In this document: piece by piece, positions 45,961-58,186 of the stretch | How the letters are laid out: every line of letters begins with the position of its first letter | Position numbering within the stretch: the stretch's first letter is position 1 | DNA from: Escherichia coli | GTDB taxonomy: Bacteria; Pseudomonadota; Gammaproteobacteria; Enterobacterales; Enterobacteriaceae | NCBI RefSeq assembly: GCF_044324875.1 | Contig: NZ_CP172185.1 | DNA length: 64,000 nucleotides | Direction: 5' to 3' (one strand) | Notes under the pieces: model-generated | What the model was told of the DNA's origin: nothing | Seen by the model: the letters and a program-made list of their open reading frames with translations, nothing else | Databases searched by the model: none | Translations under genes and position numbers: made by a program

Positions 45961-46108
45961 CAATACTATTAGCCAGTGGCTAACATTGCAAGAATTAGCG
46001 ATTTCTTCAGCTGGCGGAGGGAGCACTTCGGTATACATGGCAGTGAAAGAGGATTTATATACTTTCACCGGATTATCGCCGTACTAAGCCTTGTCCGAAT
46101 CCGGATGT

Positions 46109-46195
46109 AAAAAAACCGACTTCGCGTCGGTTTTTTTACTGTTCAGCCCTGAGTTGGTGGCTCTGGCTGGAGTGAGAATGCCATCATCTAACTTT
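46109..46195 (-). ncRNA. agrA: AgrA-like sRNA (dinQ antitoxin repeat); 5' end approximate
   Basis: second near-identical repeat unit with the same terminator hairpin and the ctctggctggagtgaga block; dinQ-proximal copy. Confidence 0.55.
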
Positions 46196-46252
46196 TCCAT
46201 GCTATTACCTTAAAAGAGACATTGCAAGGTTATGCTGGTTATTTAGCCTAAT

Positions 46253-46274
46253 TACACTGTATGATTATCCAGTT
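46253..46274. promoter_or_regulatory. LexA (SOS) box upstream of dinQ
   Basis: tacactgtatgattatccagtt contains CTGT-N8-CCAG, one mismatch from the CTGT-N8-ACAG core; about 190 bp upstream of the dinQ ORF. Confidence 0.55.
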
Positions 46275-46465
46275 AGCTCTGAGGCATTTTCACTCTGGCA
46301 ATGCGCATAAACGCTTTCAAAGTCCTGATCAGTGGTACGGGTGGTGCCGTTAACTGATGCTCTGGCCGGAGTGAGAGAGTTCTTATCTAACAATGAGACA
46401 TGCGCCGTGACAGGCAGTGGATGAGTAAGCGGATGCATTCTCACTCCATCGCATGGAGAAAACGG

Positions 46466-46549
46466 GTGATTGATAAAGCAATCATCGTTCTTGGGGCGTT
46501 AATTGCGCTACTGGAACTGATCCGCTTCCTGCTTCAGCTTCTGAACTGA
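46466..46549 (+). CDS. dinQ: DinQ, SOS-induced type I toxin (single-TM peptide)
   Basis: 27-codon ORF from GTG encoding (M)IDKAIIVLGALIALLELIRFLLQLLN, matching the DinQ peptide; preceded by the LexA box and the agr-complementary leader. Confidence 0.75.
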   Translation: MIDKAIIVLGALIALLELIRFLLQLLN

Positions 46550-46566
46550 TAGCGGAAACGTAGCTA

Positions 46567-46600
46567 AGGGCAAAGAGCACACCACTCTTTGCCCTTTAAC
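46567..46600. terminator. Bidirectional intrinsic terminator between dinQ and gor
   Basis: hairpin agggcaaagag...ctctttgccct flanked by T/A-rich tracts in the convergent gap. Confidence 0.6.
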
Positions 46601-46602
46601 AT

Positions 46603-47955
46603 TTAACGCATGGTCACGAACTCTTCTGCCGCCGTCGGGTGAATGGCGACGGTATTGTCGAAGTCTTTTTTGGTCGCCCCCATCTTCAGCGCCACCGCGA
46701 AGCCCTGCAACATTTCATCCATACCAAAACCAATGCCGTGAATACCGACAATCTTCTCTTCTGGCCCAACGCACACCAGCTTCATGCGGCACGGCTGGCG
46801 GTGAGTGGTGACGGCGGTATACATCGCGGTGAAAGAGGATTTATACACTTTCACCTGATCGTCGCCGTACTGCTCGCGCGCCTGCGGTTCCGTTAAACCA
46901 ACAGTCCCAATCGGCGGATGGCTGAAGACCACGGTCGGAATATTGCTGTAATCCAGATGCTCATCCGGCTTGTTATTAAACAGGCGTTCAGAGAGACGGC
47001 GACCCGCTGCAACTGCTACCGGTGTCAGTTCCACTGCACCCGTGTTATCGCCCACCGCGTAAATACCTTCAACGTTGGTATTTTGATATTTATCGACGAC
47101 GATATAGCCTTTTTCGTTAGTTTTAACGCCAGCGGCTTCCAGGTTGATGTTGTCATTGGCAGGCTCGCGACCAATCGCCCAAATCAGGCAATCCACCGTT
47201 TTACTGCGACCATCTTCCAGCTCCAGCGTCAGGCTACCATCGGCATTTTTCACTACCGCTTTCGGGATGGCGTTGGTGTGCAGCTGCGGGCCTTCGGCGT
47301 TCATCACTTCGACCAGCGTTTCAGAGATCATCGGGTCGAAGCTGCGCAGCGGCGCATGTTTACGCACAAACAGATGCGTTTTCGCGCCGAGGCCGTTAAT
47401 CACGCCCGCCAGTTCAACGGCGATGTAACCCGCGCCAACAACCGCTACGCGCTCTGGCAGCGCCGGAAGGGCGAAGAAGCCATCAGAATCAATACCGTAT
47501 TCCACGCCCGGAATATCCGGGTGGCTCGGACGACCGCCGGTGGCGATCAGGATATGATCGGCCGTGATGGTTTCGCCGTTTACCTCCAGCGTTTTGGCAT
47601 CAACGAAGCGGGCAAAGCCTTTGATTACATCAACGTTATTTTTACCGAGCACGTTTTCATAGGAAGTATGAATACGGTCGATATAGGCGGTACGGCTGGC
47701 GATCAACGTTTCCCAGTTGAACTTATTGATGGTGGTATCGAAACCATAATCCGGGCCGTACATATGGATCGCTTCACGGATTTGCGCCGCGTGCCACATC
47801 ACTTTTTTCGGCACGCAGCCGACGTTCACGCAGGTGCCACCCAGTTCTTTGGCTTCAATCAGTGCGCATTTCTGACCGTACATAGCCGCGCGGTTAATGG
47901 AGGCGATACCGCCGCTGCCGCCGCCGATGGCGATGTAATCATAGTGTTTAGTCAT
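46603..47955 (-). CDS. gor: Glutathione reductase (NADPH)
   Basis: 450-aa ORF; FAD-binding GGGSGG and redox-active disulfide motif [13 protein letters not shown]. Confidence 0.96.
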   Translation of the reverse strand: MTKHYDYIAIGGGSGGIASINRAAMYGQKCALIEAKELGGTCVNVGCVPKKVMWHAAQIREAIHMYGPDYGFDTTINKFNWETLIASRTAYIDRIHTSYENVLGKNNVDVIKGFARFVDAKTLEVNGETITADHILIATGGRPSHPDIPGVEYGIDSDGFFALPALPERVAVVGAGYIAVELAGVINGLGAKTHLFVRKHAPLRSFDPMISETLVEVMNAEGPQLHTNAIPKAVVKNADGSLTLELEDGRSKTVDCLIWAIGREPANDNINLEAAGVKTNEKGYIVVDKYQNTNVEGIYAVGDNTGAVELTPVAVAAGRRLSERLFNNKPDEHLDYSNIPTVVFSHPPIGTVGLTEPQAREQYGDDQVKVYKSSFTAMYTAVTTHRQPCRMKLVCVGPEEKIVGIHGIGFGMDEMLQGFAVALKMGATKKDFDNTVAIHPTAAEEFVTMR

Positions 47956-48026
47956 GACATATTGTCCTTATCGTTGATTACCGCGATTGTAGCGCGAGAC
48001 GTAATAGGTGCCAGCAATGGCTGCAA

Positions 48027-48869
48027 TTACTCCGGCACGATCCAGCTTACGGTGGCATGCCCGGTACCAGCCGGAACCAGTTTGCTGTGCAGCCACGGCA
48101 GCACGTTATTCATCTGCTGTTCCAGCTTCCACGGCGGGTTAATCACAATCATGCCGGAAGCGGTCATGCCACGGCGATCGCTGTCTGGCAGTACCGCCAG
48201 TTCAATTTGCAGAATTTTGCGAATGCCGGTCGCTTCCAGGTCGTGGATCATGCGCTTAATTTGCTGGCGCAGCACCACCGGATACCACAGTGCGTAAGTG
48301 CCAGTGGCGAAACGTTTGTAACCTTCTGCTATCCCGCTGACCACCGCCTGATAGTCGGTTTTCATTTCATACGGCGGGTCGATAAGGATTAAACCACGGC
48401 GGGAAACCGGCGGCAGTTTGGCCTTAAGCTGCTGGAAACCGTCGGCTTTTTCCACGCGCGCACGATTGTCTTTCTGAAATTCAGAACGCAGCAACGGGTA
48501 ATCGCTCGGGTGCAGTTCGGTCAGTTGCAGGCTGTCCTGTTCACGCAGTAACTGACGAGCAATCAACGGCGAACCGGGGTAGTAACGCAACTGACCGCTA
48601 CGGTTGAAGTGTTTTACCACATTGATGTACGCCTCCAGCTCTGCAGGCAAATCGTCCTGCTGCCAGATACGGGCGATACCTTCGAGATATTCGCCGGTAC
48701 GCTCGGCATGTTCGCTGCCTAACTGATAACGCCCGGCCCCTGCGTGGGTATCGAGATAGAGAAACGGTTTATCTTTCTCTTTCAGCGACTCGATGATCAG
48801 GCTCTGAACGGTATGTTTAAGGACGTCGGCGTGGTTGCCAGCGTGAAAGCTGTGGCGATAACTGAGCAT
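48027..48869 (-). CDS. rlmJ: 23S rRNA (adenine2030-N6)-methyltransferase RlmJ
   Basis: ORF 48027..48920 trimmed to ATG 48869 (MLSYRHSFHAGNHADVLKH...), 280 aa. Confidence 0.92.
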   Translation of the reverse strand: MLSYRHSFHAGNHADVLKHTVQSLIIESLKEKDKPFLYLDTHAGAGRYQLGSEHAERTGEYLEGIARIWQQDDLPAELEAYINVVKHFNRSGQLRYYPGSPLIARQLLREQDSLQLTELHPSDYPLLRSEFQKDNRARVEKADGFQQLKAKLPPVSRRGLILIDPPYEMKTDYQAVVSGIAEGYKRFATGTYALWYPVVLRQQIKRMIHDLEATGIRKILQIELAVLPDSDRRGMTASGMIVINPPWKLEQQMNNVLPWLHSKLVPAGTGHATVSWIVPE

Positions 48870-49071
48870 GGGTAAAGGTGTTCCGGTAAGTAAAAATCGG
48901 CCCGTATTCGGGGCGCACAAAAGCCTATCAGGACAGTATACCGAAAAGAGGCCGCCGCCGCGAAAGCGTAACGTTTCTCATTGAAATTCACTACACTTAA
49001 CCCCATGCTACACACATTATGTAAAGCGCCTGTTGAGCGCTTCCTTAACCTCTTTAACCAGGACTGCGCTA

Positions 49072-51114
49072 ATGACGAATCCGTTACTGACTCCCTTTGA
49101 ATTGCCTCCGTTTTCTAAAATTCTCCCGGAACATGTCGTTCCAGCCGTGACTAAGGCGCTGAACGACTGCCGCGAAAATGTGGAGCGCGTAGTAGCGCAA
49201 GGGGCACCGTACACCTGGGAAAATCTATGCCAGCCGTTGGCGGAAGTGGACGATGTGCTGGGGCGTATCTTCTCCCCGGTCAGCCATCTGAACTCGGTGA
49301 AAAATAGCCCGGAACTGCGTGAAGCGTACGAACAAACCCTGCCGCTGCTGTCAGAATACAGCACCTGGGTAGGACAACATGAAGGGCTGTATAAAGCATA
49401 TCGCGACCTGCGCGATGGCGATCATTACGCCACGCTGAACACGGCGCAGAAGAAAGCGGTTGATAACGCACTGCGCGACTTCGAACTCTCTGGCATCGGT
49501 CTGCCAAAAGATAAACAACAACGCTACGGTGAGATTGCCACTCGTCTTTCCGAGCTGGGCAACCAGTACAGCAACAACGTCCTCGATGCGACAATGGGCT
49601 GGACCAAACTCGTTACCGACGAAGCGGAGCTGGCGGGGATGCCAGAAAGCGCGCTGGCTGCGGCAAAAGCCCAGGCCGAAGCGAAAGAGCTGGAAGGTTA
49701 TTTGCTGACGCTGGATATCCCAAGCTACTTGCCGGTAATGACCTACTGCGACAACCAGGCTCTGCGCGAAGAGATGTATCGCGCTTACAGCACCCGCGCC
49801 TCCGATCAAGGTCCGAACGCCGGTAAGTGGGACAACAGCAAGGTGATGGAAGAGATCCTCGCGCTGCGTCACGAACTGGCGCAACTGCTGGGTTTTGAAA
49901 ACTACGCCTTTAAATCCCTTGCCACTAAAATGGCAGAAAATCCGCAGCAGGTGCTTGATTTCTTAACCGATCTGGCAAAACGCGCGCGTCCGCAAGGTGA
50001 AAAAGAGCTGGCGCAACTGCGTGCCTTCGCTAAAGCCGAATTTGGCGTGGATGAGTTGCAGCCGTGGGATATCGCGTACTACAGCGAAAAACAAAAACAG
50101 CACCTCTACAGCATCAGTGACGAACAACTGCGTCCGTACTTCCCGGAAAACAAAGCGGTTAACGGCTTGTTTGAAGTGGTGAAACGTATTTACGGCATCA
50201 CCGCTAAAGAGCGTAAAGATGTTGATGTCTGGCATCCGGATGTACGTTTCTTCGAACTGTATGACGAGAACAACGAACTGCGCGGCAGCTTCTACCTCGA
50301 CCTGTATGCCCGTGAGAACAAGCGCGGCGGGGCGTGGATGGATGACTGCGTAGGCCAGATGCGTAAAGCCGACGGTTCGCTGCAAAAACCGGTCGCGTAT
50401 CTGACCTGTAACTTCAACCGCCCGGTGAATGGTAAACCGGCGCTGTTTACCCATGACGAAGTGATCACCCTGTTCCACGAGTTCGGTCACGGCCTGCACC
50501 ATATGCTGACCCGCATTGAAACTGCTGGTGTATCTGGTATCAGCGGGGTGCCGTGGGATGCGGTCGAACTGCCGAGCCAGTTTATGGAAAACTGGTGCTG
50601 GGAGCCTGAGGCGCTGGCGTTTATCTCCGGTCACTATGAAACCGGCGAACCGCTGCCGAAGGAGCTGCTGGATAAAATGCTGGCGGCTAAGAACTACCAG
50701 GCGGCGCTGTTTATTCTGCGCCAGCTGGAGTTCGGCCTGTTTGATTTCCGCCTCCATGCCGAGTTCCGCCCGGATCAGGGAGCGAAAATCCTCGAAACTC
50801 TGGCAGAAATCAAGAAACTGGTTGCCGTAGTACCGTCTCCATCCTGGGGCCGTTTCCCGCACGCTTTCAGCCATATTTTCGCCGGTGGTTATGCCGCAGG
50901 TTACTACAGCTACCTGTGGGCCGACGTGCTGGCGGCAGATGCCTTCTCGCGCTTTGAGGAAGAGGGCATTTTCAACCGTGAAACCGGACAGTCGTTCCTC
51001 GACAACATTCTGAGCCGTGGCGGTTCAGAAGAGCCGATGGATCTGTTCAAACGCTTCCGTGGTCGTGAACCGCAGCTGGATGCGATGCTGGAGCATTACG
51101 GCATTAAGGGCTGA
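49072..51114 (+). CDS. prlC: Oligopeptidase A (M3-family zinc metallopeptidase)
   Basis: ORF 49033..51114 trimmed to ATG 49072 ([14 protein letters not shown]...), 680 aa; zinc-binding HEFGH motif. Confidence 0.95.
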   Translation: MTNPLLTPFELPPFSKILPEHVVPAVTKALNDCRENVERVVAQGAPYTWENLCQPLAEVDDVLGRIFSPVSHLNSVKNSPELREAYEQTLPLLSEYSTWVGQHEGLYKAYRDLRDGDHYATLNTAQKKAVDNALRDFELSGIGLPKDKQQRYGEIATRLSELGNQYSNNVLDATMGWTKLVTDEAELAGMPESALAAAKAQAEAKELEGYLLTLDIPSYLPVMTYCDNQALREEMYRAYSTRASDQGPNAGKWDNSKVMEEILALRHELAQLLGFENYAFKSLATKMAENPQQVLDFLTDLAKRARPQGEKELAQLRAFAKAEFGVDELQPWDIAYYSEKQKQHLYSISDEQLRPYFPENKAVNGLFEVVKRIYGITAKERKDVDVWHPDVRFFELYDENNELRGSFYLDLYARENKRGGAWMDDCVGQMRKADGSLQKPVAYLTCNFNRPVNGKPALFTHDEVITLFHEFGHGLHHMLTRIETAGVSGISGVPWDAVELPSQFMENWCWEPEALAFISGHYETGEPLPKELLDKMLAAKNYQAALFILRQLEFGLFDFRLHAEFRPDQGAKILETLAEIKKLVAVVPSPSWGRFPHAFSHIFAGGYAAGYYSYLWADVLAADAFSRFEEEGIFNRETGQSFLDNILSRGGSEEPMDLFKRFRGREPQLDAMLEHYGIKG

Positions 51115-51121
51115 TCATTCA

Positions 51122-51874
51122 GTGAAAATCTGCTTAATTGATGAAACAGGCACCGGAGACGGTGCCTTATCTGTTCTGGCGGCCCGCTGGGGGCTGGAAC
51201 ATGATGAAGACAACCTGATGGCGCTGGTATTAACGCCGGAGCATCTGGAACTGCGCAAGCGTGATGAGCCAAAACTTGGCGGCATCTTTGTTGATTTTGT
51301 TGGCGGGGCGATGGCGCACCGTCGCAAATTCGGCGGCGGACGTGGGGAGGCAGTGGCGAAAGCGGTGGGTATTAAAGGCGATTATTTGCCAGACGTGGTG
51401 GACGCTACCGCAGGGCTGGGGCGCGATGCCTTTGTGCTGGCTTCGGTCGGCTGCCGCGTGCGGATGCTGGAGCGTAATCCGGTGGTTGCTGCATTGCTCG
51501 ACGACGGCCTGGCGCGTGGTTATGCGGATGCGGAAATCGGCGGCTGGTTGCAGGAGCGGTTGCAGTTAATTCACGCTTCCAGCCTGACGGCGCTGACCGA
51601 TATTACTCCGCGCCCGCAGGTGGTCTATCTCGATCCGATGTTCCCGCATAAGCAGAAAAGCGCGTTGGTGAAAAAAGAGATGCGAGTCTTTCAGTCGCTG
51701 GTGGGGCCGGATCTTGATGCCGATGGATTACTGGAGCCTGCACGCTTGCTGGCGACCAAACGCGTGGTGGTAAAGCGCCCGGACTACGCGCCGCCGCTGG
51801 CGAATGTCGCCACGCCAAACGCGGTAGTGACCAAAGGGCATCGCTTTGATATTTATGCCGGAACGCCGGTGTAA
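51122..51874 (+). CDS. rsmJ: 16S rRNA (guanine1516-N2)-methyltransferase RsmJ
   Basis: ORF 51017..51874, start taken at GTG 51122 ((M)KICLIDETG...), 250 aa; 8 bp after the prlC stop. Confidence 0.88.
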   Translation: MKICLIDETGTGDGALSVLAARWGLEHDEDNLMALVLTPEHLELRKRDEPKLGGIFVDFVGGAMAHRRKFGGGRGEAVAKAVGIKGDYLPDVVDATAGLGRDAFVLASVGCRVRMLERNPVVAALLDDGLARGYADAEIGGWLQERLQLIHASSLTALTDITPRPQVVYLDPMFPHKQKSALVKKEMRVFQSLVGPDLDADGLLEPARLLATKRVVVKRPDYAPPLANVATPNAVVTKGHRFDIYAGTPV

Positions 51875-51878
51875 AAGT

Positions 51879-51910
51879 AAAGCAGGGTAGCGTTATCGCT
51901 ACCCTGCTTT
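51879..51910. terminator. Bidirectional intrinsic terminator between rsmJ and dtpB
   Basis: perfect hairpin aaagcagggtagcg ttat cgctaccctgcttt in the convergent gap. Confidence 0.7.
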
Positions 51911-51922
51911 CTGCAAGAATAA

Positions 51923-53392
51923 TTAATGGCTTTCGGGCGTCGCAATCATTCGTTTCAGCCACGGCACCATCAGCAGCATCACCACCGCAACGCCCAGCGT
52001 AACCAGGCCAATCTTACCAAACACGTTGGTATAGACGGGCAACGTCTCAAGTGGATCGGTAATGTTGTCTGGTACTGCGGTAAATGTTGCCACATAGCCG
52101 CCCAGCAAGAACGCGGCAGCCTGCGTCAGGAACCACATCCCGAGAATAAAGCCCATCAAATGCTGCGGCACCAGGGCAGCAATCATCGCCAGGCCAAGGG
52201 CGCTAATAAACAATTCACCCAGGCTCTGGAACAAGTAAACCAGCACGATAAACCACGGCGATGTCAGTCCTTGTGCATCAGCAAACCACATTCCCGCAGC
52301 GGCGGCTGTAAGAAAGCCCAGCGAGCACATAAACATTCCGAGAGTAAATTTCATCGGCATCGAGAGGTCTTTGCCTTTGTTACCCAGATGCGTGTAAATG
52401 CCTGCCAGTATTGGGCTGGCGAGTACCACCCAGAACGGGTTAAGCGCCTGGAAGCTGACCGGGTTGATGGAAAAGCCGAGAATTTCATGATGCACGTTGT
52501 TGATGGCAAAGAAGTTCAGCGACGTTGGCATCTGGGCGTAGAGAATGTAAAACACCACCGCTTCGAGCATCAGGACAAAGGCGACAAACATTTTATTGCG
52601 CCCGGTTTTATCCAGCTTGAATGCCTGACGAAAGAAAATGATGGTGACGACGATGGAGAGAACAATCAGCACCAGATTGGCGACTTCTACGTTGTGCATC
52701 AGCCATGCACAGACGAAGATCATCACCACGCTACCAAGTAACACGTACAACAGTTTGCTGAAGCTCATCGGCCGGAAGTCGGGCTCAGAACCAATGTCTT
52801 TCACCATTCCGCGACAGGCGATGTAAACCAATAGCGCGATAATTAATCCCGCACCGCACAGGTTGTAGGTGACTGAATAGCCGAATCTATCAGCGATCAC
52901 AGGGGCCAGCGATAACGCTATCAACGAGCCGATGTTGATCGACATATAGAACAGGGTAAATGCGCCATCAAGCCGCGGATCTTTCGGCGGATAGCACTTC
53001 GAAAGCAAGCTGGCTGGGTTAGCTTTAAACAGGCCGTTACCGACAGCGATAGTCCCCAGGGCGATGAAAATCAGGTCAGGCTTAAGTAGCGACAGGCCGG
53101 TCATGAAGTAGCCAATCGCCAGCACAAGTGCTCCGAGGACAATGGTGCGTTTGGTCCCCAGCAGGTGGTCGCCGACATAGCCGCCAATGGAAATGAGGCC
53201 ATAGACCAGCGCAGCAAAAGCACCAAAAGTGACAAAAGCCTGTTCTTGCGAGAATCCAAGCTGCTTAACGAAGAAAACCGCCAGTACGCCCTGCACGCCG
53301 TAGTAGCCGAATCGCCCCCATAACTCGACAAAAAAGATCATGAAAAATGGGCGAGGTTGCTGCAGCATCCCCATGGGTGTTGTTGTATTCAT
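51923..53392 (-). CDS. dtpB: Dipeptide/tripeptide:H+ symporter DtpB (POT family)
   Basis: 489-aa polytopic ORF of the POT/PTR2 family; recognised as DtpB. Confidence 0.93.
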   Translation of the reverse strand: MNTTTPMGMLQQPRPFFMIFFVELWGRFGYYGVQGVLAVFFVKQLGFSQEQAFVTFGAFAALVYGLISIGGYVGDHLLGTKRTIVLGALVLAIGYFMTGLSLLKPDLIFIALGTIAVGNGLFKANPASLLSKCYPPKDPRLDGAFTLFYMSINIGSLIALSLAPVIADRFGYSVTYNLCGAGLIIALLVYIACRGMVKDIGSEPDFRPMSFSKLLYVLLGSVVMIFVCAWLMHNVEVANLVLIVLSIVVTIIFFRQAFKLDKTGRNKMFVAFVLMLEAVVFYILYAQMPTSLNFFAINNVHHEILGFSINPVSFQALNPFWVVLASPILAGIYTHLGNKGKDLSMPMKFTLGMFMCSLGFLTAAAAGMWFADAQGLTSPWFIVLVYLFQSLGELFISALGLAMIAALVPQHLMGFILGMWFLTQAAAFLLGGYVATFTAVPDNITDPLETLPVYTNVFGKIGLVTLGVAVVMLLMVPWLKRMIATPESH

Positions 53393-53651
53393 ATTTATTA
53401 ACCTTCCAATACCATCCTGAAAAGTATGAACGCGTAAGGGATAACGCGCGAAAAAGTTTACATCTGTCAGAGATTCTTAATATTGATGCGGTGAATAGAT
53501 TAATACACTATTACAACAGAAAATAACCAGCTGATCACACTAATGATGGAAAATATGATGGTGTTAAATGTTGTATTGGCAGGGGATTTTGATTGCGTAC
53601 GCAGACCGTAGGCCAGATAAGGTGTTTACGCTGCAAGGTAACAAGGCGCGC

Positions 53652-53682
53652 CAAAAAGCAAAACGCCCGCATATGCGGGCGT
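53652..53682 (-). terminator. Rho-independent terminator of uspA
   Basis: minus-strand hairpin cgcccgcatatgcgggcg followed by a U-rich tract, just downstream of the uspA stop. Confidence 0.7.
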
Positions 53683-53707
53683 TCAGGAACACGTCGTAGA
53701 GGGAAGA

Positions 53708-54142
53708 TTATTCTTCTTCGTCGCGCAGCGGAACAATCAGCATATCAACGTGAACGGTGTTGATCAGCTGACGTGCGGAAGACATCAGTTTGCTCCAGAA
53801 GTCCTGGTGGTGACCACAAACCACCAAATCCATATCGTATTTCTTGATTGCATCGACCAGAACCTGACCCAGGTCGCCGCTGCCGCTCAGGGTTTCAGTG
53901 ATTGGGTAGCCTGCATTAGTGGAAAGCTCGGTCAGCGCATGATGTGTCTCTTCAGAGATGCGTTTCTGCATATCACCCAGATTCACATCAATAAGCCCGG
54001 TGTATAGGTCAGAGTAGTTTACATCTACGTGGATCAGAGAAACTTTCGCATTGTAGGGGCGAGCCATAGAGACTGCTTTCTCTACCAGAACTTTGCTTTC
54101 CGGGGAGAGATCGACCGCGATGAGAATGTGTTTATAAGCCAT
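53708..54142 (-). CDS. uspA: Universal stress protein A
   Basis: 144-aa ORF ([24 protein letters not shown]...). Confidence 0.96.
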
Positions 54143-54532
54143 AGTGTTACTCCTTCCATAAAGTTGTCGATGACTGGCCAGCTAGCGTTTCTTGTGCCGT
54201 TACGTCACCCGCGTCCTGCGAACTACGTGCGCGGGGCTAACCCAGCCGTAAAGATTCAGTGTTAAGACCATCCTTACCTTATAGCGACCCGGATGATCCG
54301 TCAATCCGCCTTGCTTACCCGTTAGATAAACAAATTTTCGACATGAATATATTGATAGTGGTTAACCTTCTGGAAAAAAAACAACCTGATCTCCTACACT
54401 ATCTATAGAGCCGCTCGGATGTTGGTCACCACAAAAGCGGTTTCTCCAGGACCTGGTGTTAACTGATTGGCAGCGTATCGGGAGCGGTAGCCCCGGGGTG
54501 GAACTCCGCGGGCAGGTCGCCGGGGAGGAGGT

Positions 54533-54868
54533 ATGATAAGCACCGTCGCATTATTTTGGGCTTTATGTGTCGTTTGCATTGTTAACATGGCGCGCTATTT
54601 CTCATCACTACGCGCGTTGTTAGTGGTACTGCGTAACTGCGATCCATTGCTCTATCAATATGTTGATGGAGGGGGCTTTTTTACCTCACATGGCCAACCC
54701 AACAAACAGGTGCGTCTCGTTTGGTATATCTATGCCCAACGTTATCGCGATCATCACGATGATGAGTTTATTCGCCGCTGTGAGCGGGTGCGTCGGCAGT
54801 TTATTCTGACCAGCGCATTGTGTGGTCTGGTGGTGGTCAGTCTGATTGCATTGATGATTTGGCATTAA
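54533..54868 (+). CDS. uspB: Universal stress protein B (small inner-membrane protein)
   Basis: 111-aa ORF with two TM segments, divergent from uspA. Confidence 0.95.
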
Positions 54869-54938
54869 GCACTTCAGCAAAAATAACGCATAAAAAAAGC
54901 GGGCCAGTAAACTGACCCGCTCGTTTTGGTGCGTGCGA

Positions 54939-56438
54939 TTACAGGAACTGCAAGGAGAGCCAGTAAAGCCCGCCGGAAAGCAGTACCGCAGCCGGAAGGG
55001 TAAACACCCAGGCCATCAGAATACTGGTCACGGTTTTACGCTGTAAGCCGCCGCCATCTACCACCATCGTCCCCGCGACAGAAGAGGAGAGTACGTGGGT
55101 AGTGGAAACCGGCATCCCGGTATAACTCGCCAGGCCGATAGACACTGCCGCAGTCATCTGGGCAGACATCCCCTGAGCGTAGGTCATGCCTTTCTTACCG
55201 ATTTTCTCACCGATAGTCGTTGCCACACGACGCCAGCCAATCATCGTACCGATACCTAACGCCAGCGCGACCGCCATGATGATCCACACCGGTGCATACT
55301 CGATGGTGCTAAGCATGTCAGACTTCAGTTTCTTCAACAGGCGCTGATCGTCAGCACTCACGCCAGGCATCTTCACCACTTTGTCGATAGTGTCAGAAAC
55401 GCACAGCATAATGCGGCGCATCTGGCTACGTTGATCAAGCGACAGCTTATCGTAGCTTTCCACATCGGTAGTCAACATGCCTTTCAGGCGGTTGAGCGCG
55501 TTAATGGTATTCGACGGATGGCAATGGAACTCCGCAGGTTGCGTTGCGCCAGCTTCCGGAGCCGGTACTAACTGATCAGCACCGGTAGCCTGTTTCAGCA
55601 GCGCAGGGTGCTGCTCAAAGTAAGCTTCCACGTTGTTGATGGCATCACGGGTACGGGTGATTTCGTAGCCAGTGGCATTCATGTTCACCACGAAGCCTGC
55701 TGGTGCGACGCCAATCAATACCAACATAACCAGACCAATGCCTTTCTGACCATCGTTCGCGCCGTGCGAAAACGCCACGCCGATAGCGGAAAGGATCAGC
55801 GCAATACGCGTCCAGAACGGCGGCTTTTTCTTGCCGTCTTTCTTTTCACGCTCCGCTGGGGTCAGGTGGATACGGGCGCGTTTCTTGGTGCCGCTCCAGT
55901 AGCGACGCAGCAAGAAAATCAGACCGCCAGCAAACACCAGGCCGACAATAGGGGAAACGATCAGAGAACCGAAAATACTTAATACTTTCGGGATATTGAG
56001 TGCATCCACCACTGACGTCCCGGTCATCAACGCATTGGTTAAACCAATCCCGATGATCGCGCCAATCAGCGTATGAGAGCTGGATGCAGGTAAACCAAAG
56101 TACCAGGTACCCAGGTTCCAGATAATCGCCGCCAGCAACATAGAGAACACCATGGCAAGGCCATGAGACGATCCCATATTAAGCAGCAGATCCGTCGGCA
56201 GCATATGCACAATGGCATAGGCAACACTCAGACCACCCAGCAAAACACCCAAAAAGTTGAACACCGCCGCCATAACCACGGCGAGCTGAGAACGCATCGC
56301 GCGGGTATAGATAACGGTTGCCACGGCGTTGGCTGTGTCATGGAAACCATTGATGGCTTCGTAGAACAGCACAAAAGCCAGTGCAAGCAATAATAACAGC
56401 CCGGTATGCAAATCCAGGCCAGCAAACAAATGTAGCAT
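54939..56438 (-). CDS. pitA: Low-affinity inorganic phosphate/metal-phosphate:H+ symporter PitA
   Basis: 499-aa polytopic ORF; recognised as PitA. Confidence 0.95.
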
Positions 56439-56669
56439 AGGACGTTACGCCATTTTGAGGACATGAACGCGGCGCATTATCAGTGACTTTCGCGGCGCGG
56501 GCAAAGTGAAATATAGACTTTTTTTGATTTGCCTCCTGTATGGATTTCACTCAAAAAATAATTATCTTATATAATTCAGGTAAATACTTCCTTTTAGTAA
56601 TATTGATGCTGGTGCGACCACTGAGGAATCTTTACAATTCACGCCCGTTTTTTCTTAGAGGAGCGCAAC

Positions 56670-57872
56670 GTGGAAAGGTTTGATGCCATTATTATAGGCG
56701 CTGGTGCGGCGGGTATGTTCTGTTCTGCGCTGGCAGGTCAGGCAGGACGCCGGGTTCTGCTGATCGATAATGGTAAAAAACTAGGGCGCAAAATCCTCAT
56801 GTCTGGCGGTGGGCGCTGCAACTTTACCAATCTTTATGTCGAACCGGGCGCTTATCTGAGCCAGAATCCGCATTTTTGTAAGTCTGCACTCGCGCGTTTT
56901 ACCCAGTGGGATTTCATTGATCTGGTCAATAAACACGGCATCGCCTGGCACGAGAAAACGTTAGGGCAACTCTTCTGCGATGACTCCGCTCAGCAGATTG
57001 TCGACATGCTGGTGGATGAGTGCGAGAAGGGCAATGTGACCTTCAGATTGCGTAGCGAAGTGCTGAGTGTGGCGAAGGATGAAACAGGCTTCACGCTTGA
57101 ACTGAACGGCATGACTGTCGGTTGCGAAAAGCTAGTCATCGCGACCGGTGGACTGTCAATGCCGGGGCTGGGCGCGTCGCCATTTGGTTATAAGATTGCC
57201 GAACAATTTGGCCTCAACGTGCTGCCGACCCGTGCGGGTCTGGTGCCATTCACTCTGCATAAACCGTTGCTCGAAGAGTTACAGGTGCTGGCAGGCGTGG
57301 CGGTGCCTTCCGTGATTACCGCTGAAAACGGCACCGTTTTCCGTGAGAACTTACTCTTCACCCACCGCGGCTTATCTGGACCGGCGGTGTTGCAAATTTC
57401 CAGCTACTGGCAACCGGGTGAATTTGTCAGTATCAATCTGCTACCGGATGTGGACCTCGAAACCTTCCTGAATGAGCAGCGTAATGCACATCCGAATCAG
57501 AGCCTGAAAAACACACTGGCGGTTCATCTACCGAAGCGGTTGGTTGAACGTTTACAACAACTCGGGCAAATCCCGGATGTTTCGCTAAAACAGCTCAACG
57601 TGCGTGACCAACAGGCACTGATTAGCACATTGACCGACTGGCGCGTACAACCCAACGGCACTGAAGGCTATCGCACTGCCGAAGTGACGCTCGGCGGCGT
57701 GGACACCAACGAACTCTCTTCACGGACGATGGAAGCGCGCAAAGTGCCTGGGCTGTACTTCATCGGCGAAGTGATGGACGTCACCGGTTGGCTGGGGGGC
57801 TATAATTTCCAGTGGGCGTGGTCGAGTGCGTGGGCTTGTGCGCAGGATTTGATTGCAGCGAAGTCGTCCTGA
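56670..57872 (+). CDS. yhiN: FAD-dependent oxidoreductase YhiN (HI0933-like family)
   Basis: 400-aa ORF with N-terminal FAD-binding GxGxxG (IIGAGAAG). Confidence 0.92.
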   Translation: MERFDAIIIGAGAAGMFCSALAGQAGRRVLLIDNGKKLGRKILMSGGGRCNFTNLYVEPGAYLSQNPHFCKSALARFTQWDFIDLVNKHGIAWHEKTLGQLFCDDSAQQIVDMLVDECEKGNVTFRLRSEVLSVAKDETGFTLELNGMTVGCEKLVIATGGLSMPGLGASPFGYKIAEQFGLNVLPTRAGLVPFTLHKPLLEELQVLAGVAVPSVITAENGTVFRENLLFTHRGLSGPAVLQISSYWQPGEFVSINLLPDVDLETFLNEQRNAHPNQSLKNTLAVHLPKRLVERLQQLGQIPDVSLKQLNVRDQQALISTLTDWRVQPNGTEGYRTAEVTLGGVDTNELSSRTMEARKVPGLYFIGEVMDVTGWLGGYNFQWAWSSAWACAQDLIAAKSS

Positions 57873-58186
57873 GCTATTTCCTAAAGATGAAAATTATTAG
57901 AGTCGCATTAAAAATGAGCTAATTTTGATAGTGGTTATCTTGTGATTATTTTCTAATGAGCCTGTGAACTGAGACCCTCCATGCTTAATATAAGATGGAG
58001 GTAAAGGTGATTAAAACTCCCCCAGTGGCCAGATCTTTATAAAATATGAACAGGCTGAAAAAATCAGCAACTTTGCTGTTTTTTTATACTTAACCACTAT
58101 GCATTAATGCTGCGTTATTTCATGATACCTAAGAAAAACCAGCGTTACGCAAATAATCAACGCTGGTTTTATCCGGTACGTTGCAA

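Noticed and set aside
46918-48297. Long 459-aa ORF on the plus strand
   Set aside because: It is antisense to gor and rlmJ, which are both well supported; the product is Arg-rich with no domain-like features, typical of a spurious antisense frame in GC-rich coding DNA.
49963-50874. 303-aa ORF on the minus strand
   Set aside because: It lies entirely antisense within prlC; it has no RBS and a low-complexity R/Q-rich product.
51926-52741. 271-aa ORF on the plus strand
   Set aside because: It is antisense to dtpB; the His/Arg-rich translation is the mirror of a membrane-protein gene.
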